Part shown: piece after piece, positions 1 to 14,276 of the stretch
How the letters are laid out: every line of letters begins with the position of its first letter
How positions within the stretch are numbered: position 1 is the stretch's first letter
Assembly: GCA_043228905.1 (NCBI GenBank)
Contig: JBHGNT010000003.1
Coordinates: 22,630,001 to 22,694,000 of the forward strand
DNA length: 64,000 nt
Direction of reading: 5' to 3'
Origin: Azolla caroliniana
Lineage: Eukaryota > Plantae > Polypodiophyta
The notes under the pieces: generated by a model
What the model was told of the DNA's origin: nothing
The model's input: the letters and a program-made list of their open reading frames with translations, nothing else
The model's database searches: none
Program-made: the position numbers and the translations under genes

Positions 1-2379
1 TCGTAAACAACAACAATTTTGAGAAATTTGGAAAAAGGCAAAGGTCCTCACCTCTTTTGGAGAGAGAATAAAGTGGAGATATGCTCCACCAAGATAGGCT
101 CCCCCCCCCCCCCCCCCTACATTAGGGCTTTTGAAATTCAACATGTGGGTTGATGTGGGTATGAGGGTTATAATGTACTGTATGAATTCATTGTAGCCTT
201 TGGGCATTTTTACATTAATACCAAGGTAAATCTTTATTTTTATTTTTTAAATAAAAATTAACAAAATTCTTACGTACTTTCTAGTTGTACAACAAGAAAT
301 ACATTGTCACCTAAGTGAGGTAAAAATGATTGTTTCCCTCTAAGACATCCAATATTCTATATTGTAATGTGATCCGCTTTTTGTTTTTCACATAAATGAA
401 TACATTACTTGTGCAGATGATTTGCATGGAGGACGAGATTGAACTATACAAAGTTCTTTGCTTATGTCATATAGAAGATGTAATTTGGAAAAGACAATAA
501 CCCTTTGGGAAATTGCTAATGTTCCATTTGGTATTTTGACGAATACCTATATAGAAGATACTCATTTGTGTGGAAATTAAAAATAAGAACTTTAATTCAT
601 TTTATAAATAGTGTGCAACATATGATGTCAATTCATTTTATAAATAGTTGGTCAAGCTTTTTATTGTCTCTTAGCAATAACAAAATCTCAAGAAGATAAG
701 GGAAGGTAACCTAATCCTTTATCTTATTTGTGAAAGAACAATATTTTAGGGCCATACAAATGTACGTGACATCAACAACTTTGTATAATCATTTGTACCC
801 ACCCAATTAAAAATAAACCATCATTTTCTATGATAGAATAGTGGATCTTTACAAAGATAATATGCCAAGTGTATTATTGTAGAGTGACATCAAAATATTC
901 GATCAACGGTCGGAATGTCGAAGGCAAATATAATTGAGGTTATTGTTATTCCTAATTGAAGTGTATGAGTCACTCAAATGTATTACGTTGATAGTTTTAA
1001 CTTTTAACTATTGAAAGAGAACATATCTCAAGTTATCATCATTGTGAACTCAAGTTTGCACAATTCACTAGTTAAGGGTACATAGGTCACGAATATCATG
1101 TATATTTTGACTGAAATCTTTCAAAGCGTACATAGTTCACAAACATCAATAAACATATTCCTAGGTGAAATGTCTAGAGGCTCGTGCATCATTTTACTCA
1201 AAACTTTCTTCTTAACACAATTTTTCTCTAACGATTTGTTTTCATGACCGTTCTTTGAATGAACGGGCTAATATTCGCAACTTGCAAGTATGTGATTGCT
1301 TAGAGCATAGCACAAGGATCCAAACCATCATTTCCTTGTAATGGACAATAGTGAAGTCTGATACCATTGTTCAAATGCCTAGGTAGTGAACCATAATGAA
1401 AATTGAATTGATTTGACTTGATATGTAACTTTCTCGATTGTGTGGACATGGGGTTGTGTTCTCTCTTTGCTTGAATTGGAATCAAAGAAAAATATTTGCT
1501 TCATTCATTTCGTTTCCCGTGTACACTCGCATATTAATTATATAATGCTTCAAATCATGTGAGAACCACTATGCAATTGAAATGGATGTTTTGTTCCTCT
1601 TGATATCTTGAGCATTTAGTCAGCATGAGCTATCGTTAAAATGTTGGAATTCATTTTATTGCATAAATTCCTTCTTTTTGACTCGGGGTGTTGTTCTTCA
1701 CCCATCCACGTGGTTAACATCTATGGGAGATTTTGTGTGAATATCTCGAAGTTTGAAATCTCTCTCACATTCACATTAAGTGTAACAACATGAAAAGCCA
1801 CAAAACTTATGTCTATTGATACGCTTTGATAAAGCAAGCAACTTTGTGTTATCTTTCCTCGTTGGTAGTTCAACTTAAGAAGCTTTATACCTCCATATAA
1901 ACATGACTACCCCTAACTATATCTTGTGATTTTCTTTTCAACTCTCTAGGATACCTCAACATCGGAAGTGACTTTGATACATTAAAAAGGTTGTTTTATA
2001 CTATAAACGAGATATTATTTTGCTTTGATAATGCTTGCCAATGAGTTTTTCCATTGAAAATAAAAACTAGTATAAAAGGAGATTCAGAGTTAATTGAAAG
2101 GTTTTGTTATTTGCAAAGTCAATGATCCAAAAGATTGGGAAGAAACTATCATTGTCGTAAACCTTAAGAAAGATGTATGGCTCTTCAATATTGTTTTAAG
2201 AAACAAAATCCTTGTATTGACTAAGCCATAATTTAATCTGTAATTCCCAATGTGTACATGTATTCAATGATAAAATTTCAAGTAATTCTTATGAAACATT
2301 GGGGAGAAGGTTGGGATACTTTTGAACACATCGACATCATTGGAACACCAATATAGGAAACATGTTGGAAGATATGTGC

Positions 2380-4440
2380 ATATATGATTAATGAACCCAC
2401 ATTGGTGAAGGCTTAATGATTATATAAATAAAACATTTCAACAAAGGTAAATAAGAAACAATTTGTTACATGAGGCATTGGACTACAAATAATGTGCATG
2501 CATTGCAACATACCAAATTTTGGAAATGATTGTGGAGTATGCAAATTCTCGTTGGTTGTTGATGCATTATGCTCTTCTTGTTGGTGATTGGTCACATGTC
2601 GAGTTTTAACACAATGTAAAAGATAACATTATAAAATCACTTTCAATCTGAAAGGTTCGTCAAATATGATAACTTCGTCTTACAAAACAAGACGCTAGTA
2701 AATAAGTGTATTGACTAGAGCCATGAATCTGATTAAAAAGAAAAATTATTAGAGTACGCAATTCAAACGGATTATGATCATGAAGTGTCCATAATTGCTA
2801 TGGTTTCTTGGCACCCCACCCTTTTTGTACCAATGAATGTGCAATATTCATTTGCCTCTTGACACCCTCATCAAGAAAGTATACAAGAAGTTGGATGTCG
2901 TTTTTGTTCTAATTCATGTTCAAAAATCATATGCCAACATATATGGCCAGTAAAGGCAATGTTTCTCCAAGAAAGAAGAGCAAGGCATGTGCGATTGTTG
3001 AGGTGTCGATGCATTCCAAGCCGAGTGAGAAGAATGACTCAAACAAGAAGGCTATGAATGAGCAATGCTTTGAATGTCAACTTAGGATATTGGAGTAGAA
3101 GTATTACTCGATGAGGGTATCGAGAGGCAATTGAATCTTCTACATTCCAATTGATAACTTCGACTTCCTACCATCAGTTTCCACTTTATGACCTTACCAT
3201 ATGTGTAAAACTCCCCTTTTAGAAAATACACCTACATCATACTATTGTAGTCATCAATGATAAACAATACCTAGGATCAAACACACAATGTCTTTGTTTC
3301 ATCTCTCCCTAGAGGTTTATGTGAACCAGTTGTAGAAATCTAGATGCTTTAAAATTGACTTCTTGCATAGAAGGCATATGTTATTGCTTGCCATTATGCA
3401 AATCGGAAATTTCCTCAACTTATTAGGTAGTATCAATAGATTTTTCACCAAGTTGTGTGTGCATCTCTTTTTTTGTTCTGGAAAGCTAAATTGATTGAAC
3501 CATTGAAGCTACATTTTGGCTTCCACAATTGATACGGAATCCATTATCTAGGTTACTAAGCGATCTCTTCATAGTTGAATCTAGATGTTTGAACCACCGT
3601 AATTGATTCCAACCCACATGATGCTATTATTAGTGTGGAACAATCATATGAATCTCCTTCCAATCTACGAATAAAACCACTTGTCCACTACTTTTCCTTT
3701 CCATATGCTACTTAGTTTTATTAAAGTTAACCTCTACTTTCGCACAATGACCTTTGCCATGGACAAACCATCTTCTTAAGATGTTCGATATGATTATGCC
3801 TTCTTTGTTTCCACCAACATTGGGATCCTACCATGCTAACATATTTCGGAATGAATTCTATTTGTAGTCGCCAACTATGACTATTATTCTACTTTAGAAC
3901 AAATTCCATACTTTGAATTTCATTGCTTATATCTTACCTTAGGCTACTCCTTTTCTTGAAAGAGTCTCATTTCTTCTTAAATTATGGGAATTCCCAAGGA
4001 AACTCTTCTTCAAGTCTTTTCTAGACCTCCAAAAATATTTAGTAGGAGTACTTGTTTGCCAAGTTTATATTTTGTTCCTAAAGCAATCCCTAACGTCTTG
4101 GCCAGTCAATAATTGAATTCTTATTTGTGAGGATTGTAACATGACAACCTAACTTTGATGGGAGAACCGTAACGCAATCTTGGGTAAGGTCTCCATGAGA
4201 CTTCCTAAGATGATCACTATCATAAGATATTTACACTCTTTATGCCTATCATAACTACATATGTATTGTCTCCATTCTATAAATCCCTTATAGCAAATTA
4301 ACTATCAATTTTCAAGACCTTGGTCTAATTTTGGTCTCATATTGACACAAATTATGTGCTAGGCTTGTATTACCTTTGCACATCCATGTATTGAGTCAAT
4401 AACAATGGTATATCCATCACGATTCACATTCACGAGTAAA
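2380..4440. mobile_element. Possible highly decayed Mutator-like (MULE) DNA transposon relic
   Basis: Minus-strand translation near 4380-4420 gives 'DGYTIVIDSIHG', resembling the MULE DDE 'DxTHG' motif, with a Cys-rich SWIM-like patch near 3360-3400. Plus strand near 2400-2545 gives 'PHW...NDCGV', resembling a Ulp1/C48 protease. Many stops and frameshifts; no termini found. Confidence 0.3.
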
Positions 4441-7400
4441 ACACATGCAATAATCATGTACATTGAGTTGTCTCCATCTTTTGCTAGGAATCACAAATCC
4501 TCCTTTGAAGATAGTTTTGTTTGATTATTTCTATCAGTTCATAGTGATAATTGAGTTAACATTATCTTCAAGAACTTGCCATTGAGTTACCATCAATGGA
4601 AATAAGTTAAATGATGGAATTGCAATACATCAATAAAGGGATGTAGAAAATGTTTCATTCAATAAGAAGTCTTAAGTTTTAGAAAGCCCATGCACACAAT
4701 AACGTTTTACTATGTTGGAACTTGGTATGCCTCTAATCAGGTACAAATGTGATGTACACGTCTTATGTAGATGCATTTTTATGTTTGGAAGTACGAGGAA
4801 TTGTTCCATCTTTAAACAAAAAACTTCATATTGTGATGTGCCTTTTATCCCATCCTAAATTGTCAAACAATGAAGATAAATGCCATATGAGCGAACAATA
4901 AACATTTCGATGATAGTAAGGAATTTCACTTGTATTGTGTTGCAAATGCATGTGATGGGAATAAATCCAAAATGCTTAGATGATATTGAAATTTTGGAAA
5001 TGATATTGCAACAAGAACATGTATGTAGGTAGCACAACAACATGTTTATATATGAAGTGCAGAATAAGATACTTTCCACCAACATGCGGTTTTTTTATGT
5101 GATTCCAATTCGCGACTTTGGCCTACATTACATCATGCAATTGTCGTTGCTTTTATTGTTGCTCCAAATTTCATTAACATTGCTCTATTTGAAGAAATTC
5201 CTATTATTAGATTGTTTAGAATAAATTTTGCTAAATCTCTTGAAAAAACATGTGTATGGACAAATCTAGTATTGCTTTGTCCACGATTAACTTGTGCATC
5301 AAAAACTTAAAAACTTGATAAACATTTCCGGAACAATATATAGACATTGCATGGAGAAGCCTACATTTTGAGCAAACTCTCTTTCCAATGGATTATGTAC
5401 CTTCTACAAATTTAGATTTATACTAATTAGCTTGGACCAATTGTTTCCTTTATCTTTAAGTTTGGAGGATGCATCTTTGGCATGCATTCAACCCTATTAT
5501 TACACAACCTATTAGCAGCCCGAAGACTTTCTAAACTTATCAATATTTAGTCCATTAGGGGATCGCACATGCAACTAGAGCTTTTTTCCGTTATATGGAA
5601 ACAACACAATTTTATGTATGGTGCTAACGTTCAGTCCTATATTTGCAACAATTTGGTTACGACTTTGCTCGCTTTAAAGAATATAGCTCATCGCTCACTC
5701 TATTAGAAACATACACAAGAAGTGTTGACAATTAAGATAATCTAGGGTGAGAGTTAAAATGAATTGAGTATATGAACATTGAAGAGATCTTGAGATACAA
5801 ATATGTGTATGTACAACTAATGTCCAAAGATTTACACCATTTGTCCACTGACACGGGAGAGATATTGTGCCAAGCAAAGAAGCCTTGATCGTGGCTAATC
5901 TCATTCAACCTCCCTCGACTCAGGTCTCAATGAACACACACTATCATCAATTAATCTAATTTTTAAGAAAGCAAACCTAGTCTTATTGATTCACATGTGG
6001 AACGATTGATTCAATTAACTACTACAATTACTCATGAGGTCTTTTCTCGTATGAAGCATTTAATGCAACAAAATGATGGGGTCCATGGTCCACGTGACAT
6101 GTTTATCACTCACCAATATCTTCACCTGAGTTCGTTTTTTAAAACCGACGAAAGTTGCACTAATGGGTGTACCCTACTTGATAAGACAAATTCTTAAGGA
6201 AAAAGATGTCGTGTCCAAAACTAGATTCCATATTTTCAACAATTGAAAGCCTTAGGAATTTGATTTTATAAGTACTTCAAGCACTTTGGGCCTAAGGAAA
6301 TATCTAGAATAGTAAATGTGTCACTTCGGATATAACTTGAAAAGTAACCTTAGTGGATCACAATTGGCTTCGGAGATGTTGATGGAATCATTTTTGCTTA
6401 GAAAATCTGGAAGACTTTTAATTTATAAATGCGGAAGATTGTTGTATTTGGAAAACTTGTCGAATTTTGAAGCCGATCAATCTTATCTAGAATGCCTTAA
6501 AAGTTGCAAAGTTTCTCCAACTTCGAGATCCTTCGAGTTTACAATTCAACGCTAGTTTTTCTTTTAACAGAATAAAAGAGTTTGCAGTTGCGAATCATCG
6601 AAGTTGTGAAAAATCGTTGGTGGATGGATATGTTTGCATGTCTCTTTGATAACGTAAAGTTCGACCAAAGTGCACTACTACTAAACCACAAGAACAATTA
6701 AGAGTGTTTAGTGAAAGTGAGGGCATCATCACTACTACTACGATCACACCTAATGAATAGAAGGAGAAGGAGGATAGATGTCACCCAAAAAAATTCAAAT
6801 TAGGAGAACAAAAAGAATGAAGAGACAAACAAAACAAGTATGTAGAGAAATGTGGATGAAGAATAAAAAGAAAAAGAGAAGAGAAAAACATTTCATTATG
6901 GAAAAGTAATACATATTTAAAACGACTACATATATGTATAATGTATGTTATGTTATGTATAGGGATTTGAATTAATTTGTAATTTAAAGAACAAAAAACC
7001 ATCAGACGAATTATTAAAATAACGCGTTCAAGAAAAGGTACTAAAAACCAAAACAGTAGTATTTGGTGTTAAAAATTTAGAAGAGCAGGTATGTATACAT
7101 AGTTATATATTTATATAATAAATGTATATTTTTTGAAAAATAGACACAAATTATATATTAACATAAGAACTAGAAGGAGGGTGTTTTTAATTTCGAACAA
7201 ACAATATATATATATATATATTCTTGAAAAATAAAAATAAAAATATATGTTTAACGGAAGGAGGGGCGGGGATTTTGATTATGAGGAAACGATAAAAATA
7301 AATAAATAAAATAAATAAAATAAAAATAAATAAATAAACAGTGACCGACTCTTTCTTTCTTTCTTGCTTATTTTCTTCTTATTTTTAAACGAAAATGGTT

Positions 7401-7769
7401 TTTCTTTGTGTTTTCTTTCTTGGGGCCCAACGGGTCTGTCTTGGGCTGGGCTGGCTGGGTCTTTTTTTTCTTTTTTCTTTTGGCCTAGCAATAGAAATTA
7501 TGGAAAAATATAAATAAAATTTAAAACCAAAAACACAGGAAAAGCAGCAGAAGGAGAAAAGGAAGGGGGGAGATAATAAATGCCTCCCCCCCCAAAAAAC
7601 ACCAAAAACTAAAAGGAAAAGGGGGCTAATAATAATAATAATAATGATGATAATAATAATAAGAGGAAAGGATAATAAATAATAATAATGAGAAAAATAA
7701 TAATGGTGATGCCGATTGACCGTCCAAAGGGCTGAGGCCAAATATGATAAGTTTTCCTTCTCTCTCTCT

Positions 7770-7997
7770 CTCTCTCTTTCTGGAAATGTCCGTCCGCCCG
7801 TCCACAAATGGCGTGGGAATTTTTGCCGTCTCTTTCTCTGGAAATGTCCGTCCGCCCGCCCACAAATGGCGTGGGAATTTGCCCGTCTCTTTCTCTGGAA
7901 ATGTCCGTCCGCCCGCCCACAAATGGCGTGGGAATTTGCCCGTCTCTTTCTCTGGAAATGTCCGTCCGCCCGTCCACAAATGCCGTGGGAATTGCCG
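7770..7997. repeat. GC-rich minisatellite, 4 copies of a 57-58 bp unit
   Basis: TCTGGAAATGTCCGTCCGCCCG(C/T)CCACAAATGGCGTGGGAATT starts at 7779, 7837, 7894 and 7951. It explains the 19-aa repeats in the overlapping ORFs. Confidence 0.95.
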
Positions 7998-8079
7998 AAA
8001 TCTCGGCACGCCGCCGGCACACACACACACACACACAGAGCTGCCTGTCCGTGCATGCGTCAGCAAAAAAATGCACCTT

Positions 8080-8121
8080 CCACGTGGCGGGCCCTTATTC
8101 GCCCGGGCCCCTCCACGTGGC
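8080..8121. promoter_or_regulatory. Paired G-box/ABRE (CCACGTGGC x2) upstream of the + strand gene
   Basis: CCACGTGGC at 8080-8088 and 8113-8121, with GGGCCC motifs between them, upstream of a CT-rich leader. Confidence 0.55.
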
Positions 8122-10192
8122 GCATCCCCATTCGATGACACGCCGCTCCTCCTCCTCCCCTCTTTTTTTTTTTTTTTTTTCTTCTTCTTCTTCTTTGCGC
8201 ATTCTTTTCGGTTGGAATTTCCTCTCTCCTCTTTCCAAATTAAATTGTTTTTTTGGGGCCCATCCCCTCTCTCTCTTTTTAATTTTTCTTTTTAATTTTT
8301 CCTTTTTTATCATTTAATTTCGTCTCCCCCTCCTTTCTCTTTCTTCTTCTTCTTCTTCTCCTGCGCCTCTCAGGTCGCCATAGCCACTCAGTTCTGAAGC
8401 TCTCTTTCCCTCTCGCAGATCTCTCCTCCTCCTCAAGGTACTCCTCTCTCTCTCTCTCTCTCCCTCTCTAACTATCTCCGTCTACCTGCGTGCTCTTTCT
8501 TTTTGTAAATCCATGTCTCAACCTCTCAATCTCTGTCTCTCCATACATGTTACATGTCTGTAATCCCCCTCTCTTATCGCCAAATCTGCATGTATTTTCT
8601 CCCCCCCCCCCCCCCCCACATATACGTTTAAACTCCTCATGTAATTTCTCTTTCTCCATAGTCGCTTCTGCTTCCTTCTCCTCGTCTCCGACTGTCCCTA
8701 TTCTCTTTCTCCCCAATCTTCATCTCCCTCACTCTCTCTCTGTTTCAATTATGATCGTTAACCATTCAGGAATAACGTTCTTCAAGGTAGTTACATGCAA
8801 AATTCCAAGTTTCCGTTGGATTTTGTGCGAATTTCCTTTTGCTGCTTCCTTCTCCCTTCTTCTTTGCTCATTCCCATGTCGTTAAGCTTCTATGGAAATA
8901 TGTTTGCAAATTTCTTTCGATGTTTTTATTCGAGATCGGTGTGAATTCAAGTTTCAATGAAGATCTGTGGATTTACTTCTTCCTACTCCTTTTATGTTTC
9001 TCCTCCTCTTTCTTCTTCTCCCTCTCGTACTTCTTTGCATTCTTCCACATAAACGTTACTTAAACAGTTTTATCGAGGAGATATTCCGAATTTCTGGTTT
9101 CCAGTTTAGACCAAGGAAAGCAGGTCGAAAATATATGCAAATTCACCTGAATGATCAAATCTGCACCGGATCTGTCAAAATATAACCTCAAAGTTCAAGG
9201 TCTATATCTTTGCTGAAGCCTGCAATGAAGGGAGAAAAAATATTGCCTATTAAACCATGGATGTCAGAGAGGGCGATAGAAAGCGCAGATATTCCTTGTT
9301 ATGTCTTTGCTGACTCAGTAAAGTAACCGTTTGTTTACGTCAAGAAGCTCTAATATTATACCAAACCATCTGTTTTTGTGACTGAATAAAAGGAAATGAC
9401 AAACATAGCTCACCGGTTCTTTTCTTCTGTTTGTCATTTGTCGGATTATTGAGACGGTTATCATGTCACAAAAATTTGATTGGACGGTGCCCTTTTGCTA
9501 CCAGATCAGCCATTTTACGCTGTACGGAGAGAATGATTTAGAAAATCCCTTCACAGGAACTGGCAATTCCTTCATGGCTGAGTTCTGTTACAAAATCATT
9601 ATTGGTTTTGAGTGTCTAGAAAAGAATAGATTGTCAAACCTTTGATGGATTGTTTCTGCATATTGGACTGTATTTCCTATATTCGCAGAGGCTTGACTAA
9701 GCTAGATCCCTTCATGAACCGTGGAGATGAAGTTGAGAGTCAGCCATTTTTGTGCCTTGAGGGAATTAATGGAAAAATTCTTTCCTGGATTGTTAAATAC
9801 TGTTGTCTTGTAGTGGATGGAGATGATTATTGGCTTTGATAATGAACTGTGTTGCAGTCATCTTGATGTGTCATGTTCATAGGTCAACTTTTTTCTTGCT
9901 GTATATCCCTATGGATTGTTTTGCCAGTGTTTTAGGAGGTTCTAATTGAACCATTTATGTGTGGTTGTCCGTTTCCATGCACACCTGACTGTCTTCTAGT
10001 AATTGAAATGATCTATGTCTTCTCTTCAATCTCCACCTCAATTCCTTTTAGCAATTGATAGCATCAGTCTGTCGTTTGCACCTGTCAACCTGGTTTCTTC
10101 TGCTTGATATATTATTTGATTTTCTGTTGCAGGTCTGTAAATATAGGGAAGGGTTACAAAGATCCATTTTTACTGTATAGATAGGTAGAAAG

Positions 10193-11228
10193 ATGGATAC
10201 TTGTGTAAGGAATTTGAATTTTGTTCATAACATGGCTTCTCTGAACACCATGGATGGGAGAACAGAAATGAATGATAAAGGAAGGTTTAGGACAGGTCAT
10301 CAAGTGGAAGCTTTTGAAGATGAAGTCATATGTCCTAAGCCGCGAAGGATGGGTTTATACTGTTGTGCTCCTGAGTTGATCAAGCCATTGTACCATCTTC
10401 AAAGGTATTCATTTGTATTGACTTCACAATCTCGATGTGTGGGGGAAAAACCATAATCTGCGTTTGAGAACATAAGAGAAGCTCAGGTTTATTTTAGAGT
10501 TTTTCTCAATTGATATTACAAGTGAACGTGTAAAACATTTGGGCAAAACTTTGTTCTTTAAACACTTGGTATGTTATTGCATATAGGTATGTTTTTCCTC
10601 TACCTATCCTAAGTCTATCAGAGAGCATAGGTTTTATGGAACTTCTTGCGAGGATTTCTGTCTGTGATTCAAATAAGTGGTACTTTATCTTGGCTTTACA
10701 GCTCTAATATAAGTCCTGTTGTGGCTTGCAGATCCTCACGGATGTTAGAATGTGAAGCTGGCTATGAGATACTGGAGATTTTTTTGAACAAAGTATGTTT
10801 TTAGACGTGTCTTATTGGTTATTATGTATCTCATACTTTGTCTGGTGGATACTTTGTTGAGACGTTTTTTGTTTATCACATACTGATTTGTTGAGATAGT
10901 TTAAACAAAACAAGCAGCACTAGTTTTTATACAATTGTGTTTCCAGGGTGCAGGGGTTGATGGAGAACCAGCGAGTTTTGGATGCTCCCCTCCGCCCTAT
11001 TGTTCGCCTCCAAATCGGGCCTCAAACCCTATTGTACATGATGTTCAATTTTGTAATCAACAGGCTGTTTCGCCCATAATATTCAGCAGTGCCGATACAA
11101 AAACCATTTCAGGGTCATCTTTCTCATCAGCATCATCATCTCCTCCAGTGCGAATTGAAGGCTTTGATTGTTCAATGAGAGAGAAGACTCGATGTGACAT
11201 TCGATGTGATGTTCGTGCATATGCTTGA
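10193..11228 (+). CDS. Small plant-specific protein of unknown function (At1g13390/At5g16110-like family)
   Basis: Exons 10193-10404, 10732-10792 (alternative in-frame acceptor at 10702) and 10947-11228 splice in frame with GT-AG introns. Motifs VICPKPRR, AGYEILEIFLNK, CSPPNRASNPIVHDVQF and PVRIEGFDC are recognised from memory. Probable 5'UTR intron 8438-10132. Confidence 0.85.
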
Positions 11229-12288
11229 ATGATCAATTGATCGATCGATCTATTGACATGTTGCTTAAATCATACATGTATATACCAGGTTTACTCACAC
11301 TTGACTCACATATCATATATATACATATATGTGTATATATACATGGATGTTCTTTAGTGAGTGACTAGCCTGGTTTGTGAATTTTTTCCTCTTAGTTTTC
11401 CCCCCTTCTTGAGGGCTTGAGATTTTAGGCAAAGATGTATGCCTTCATAGGGTTCTCATTCCTTTTACTTTTGACCTTAACCATTGGAGATGAATCAACA
11501 AGATGAGTTAGCTTGGAGAAAGAAGAGAAAGTGCTCTCGAGAAAACAAGGGGTGTTACAGAAGAGTCGTTTTTTCCAAACCATTGCAGAGTTGTGAAATT
11601 AATTATAGATTTTCAGGATAGAGAATCCATTAGACCCCATGAATTTGTCTACTCGTGGAGCATTTTGCTTACCATATAGCCTATATTGTACAGGAAGTCT
11701 TTGTAATTAATCTGTCCTTCAATTTTTTCTCCCACTCTTTTTGTATTATAAGTTGTAATATAAAGTCGTTTTGTATGAGAATATTCCTTGGTGATTCTTT
11801 TGTGAGGGTTTACATTTCCTGCTATGTATAAAATTTCTATATAACTGTTAGAAAATATTGAGAGTTGTAAAAAGCTAATGTTTTCTTTGACGAAAAATAT
11901 GCTAAAATCAAGATCTATCCTTTGAAAGACAATGTTTTGGTTGAAATTGTTGTAAGTTGTAACAAGTGTGGTTTGGTTCCTCTTAACTCACCAGAAAGAT
12001 GATTCTACTTGAGCATACCATTTTCGTAAAGTTAATCATCAATAACCACTTATTTTGACATATTAATTACTATCTTTCACTTACGGTATAAGAAATTGTT
12101 CTGCCTGACCTACGAAAATATTCTATTAATTACTATGGTTTGATTGAGGATCTATTAATATCGAATTTGATGTATTGGTCATCCTATTGCTAATCTGAGC
12201 AACAAATTCTCTCCACTGTTTTTCGGTACCTAGTGAGCAGCTTTCAATGCAAACTTCTCAATAAACAGTTTTTTAATATAGTGGCTTA

Positions 12289-12560
12289 CATGTATGTTAT
12301 ACAGATCTGTTAACACCGACTTTTATGTATGTTTTCCGTATCCAATCAACAGCTTTCAATATAATGGCGTACATGCATATTATGTATAATGTTTCGACCT
12401 ATATTGTTGAATGGATTTCTTCACCATGTATGTTATACAGATCTGTTAACACCGACTTTTATGTATGTTTTCCGTATCCAATCAACAGCTTTCAATATAA
12501 TGGCGTACATGCATATTATGTATAATGTTTCGACCTATATTGTTGAATGGATTTCTTCAC
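12289..12560. repeat. Recent 136-bp tandem duplication
   Basis: CATGTATGTTATACAGATCTG...GGATTTCTTCAC at 12289-12424 and 12425-12560; no differences seen by eye. Confidence 0.92.
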
Positions 12561-14276
12561 CCATAGCTATTCTAATTTGATCCTTTTAAAACATTTGATA
12601 TCCCAAAGGGTCAAGTATTTGGTCTAGAGTCATTCAGTACATTATACATCTGTGTACAGGGTATGGTGTAACTGTAAGGAGATTGCAGTATTGTTATGGC
12701 AGAGTTGGGAGTTTGCCCTAGTGTTTATACATTCACATATGTCATGTCCTGCTGACCTTCCAATATCATACAAAACTATCTTTCTCAAATTTTGATTCAT
12801 GCTGCTATTAGAATCATCCATAAAAGTAAAGGTTTGGAATATATTTGGTTCATCTCATCCATCTGTGTATGGATGTCTTTAATGATGATACAGGTAACAG
12901 GATAATGAGTGTTTCATCTCTTGGTTCTCTTGATATTTAAAACTACTGATGAATAAGGTAAAGATGAATCAATCTTTCACTTGTGATTGCGAAATAAAAG
13001 ACTGTCTTGCCTCTTTATACATGTATATTGCAAAAAGACAATAGGGGGCTCTTCCCATGAATACAAGTAGAGTATTTGGATAAAAAGGATTATGAATAAG
13101 CCTACGAATTGTAAAGACATTTGGTTGGAAAGAATGCTTTGCAGCCATGGACAAGCTCTAAAATACCCTTGTTCTTTATTTCTCATTACCTTTTCAACAG
13201 TCAACCCCTAAAAAGCAAATAAAAGGGTTTAAAAAAAGTCCTTTGGGCCAGTCTTAACAAATTGGAGGAAACTAACAAATCTTATTCTGTCATGGAAACC
13301 TATAAGATGGTAGAAAATCTTCACCTCCAAAAGAAAAAACGCCACAAGGAGAGCATTGGCCTTGACCTTCTTGATCTATCTACCTAATTATACCGAGCTG
13401 GGATAAACCACATGAAAAAAGAAGGGGTGTACATATATATCTACACATATAATACCTGCTGACACACGATAGTTCCCCATCATTCATCCATTACTCAATT
13501 CCTAGTTTCGCTAGACATATTCTCCATAAAGCCTAAGAATCCCATAAAAGATTTCACGTGAACAGTGAGATATAAAATCCTCACAGATACTCTGACTTGC
13601 TTCTATCCTTCAATTGTGGACTCATCTTTAAAAGTTGATAGGTAACATGATGATAATAATAGAAGAGAGTTGCTCCAACAAAATAACCAGGTTTCTTTTG
13701 CTTCTTAAATCAGAAACCCCGTAAACTCTACAGGCAAAAGTTTCATCAGTAATTTATTTAATTGCTATCCGTAAGAGGTTCACTTGCGCTACACACACAG
13801 TCGAACTTTGTGTAGCACATGCCCTAAACCCACAAACTATATTCATACTGACATAAAGGAATTTAATACTGCCATCTTTGGTGTTCTGAGCAGCGATCAT
13901 GAATGTGTATCCTCGTCACATTATATATAATACACTAAAATGGTTTCTTATCAACCACATGACGTCAAGATGCATTTAGTCTTTCAACTTATCACATGAT
14001 GGAGCATCATATGACCATCTTCGTAAAGCTATTGCCATATTTGCAGAACAAATATTCTGGCTCAGAGGAAGTTTAAAATCTGTCACCACTGGAGGTGACA
14101 TTTGCACGCTGAGTGATCGCATCCCTTTACATGTTCGAGACACTAAGAAGCTTGTTTGTGCCTCATTATCTTCGTATTCATCTGAGAGAAAGACGATGAT
14201 GACAACCAACACCACAAATACGAACAAGAACAAGGCTTTTCTTTCTATATTGTTGAAGTTACAAAAACATAAAGAA

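Noticed and set aside
7385-8317. Six overlapping 140-223 aa ORFs; CRISPR-like look of the repeats
   Set aside because: The ORFs arise from a stop-free 57-bp minisatellite and microsatellites. The units have no unique spacers, no cas genes are present and the context is eukaryotic.
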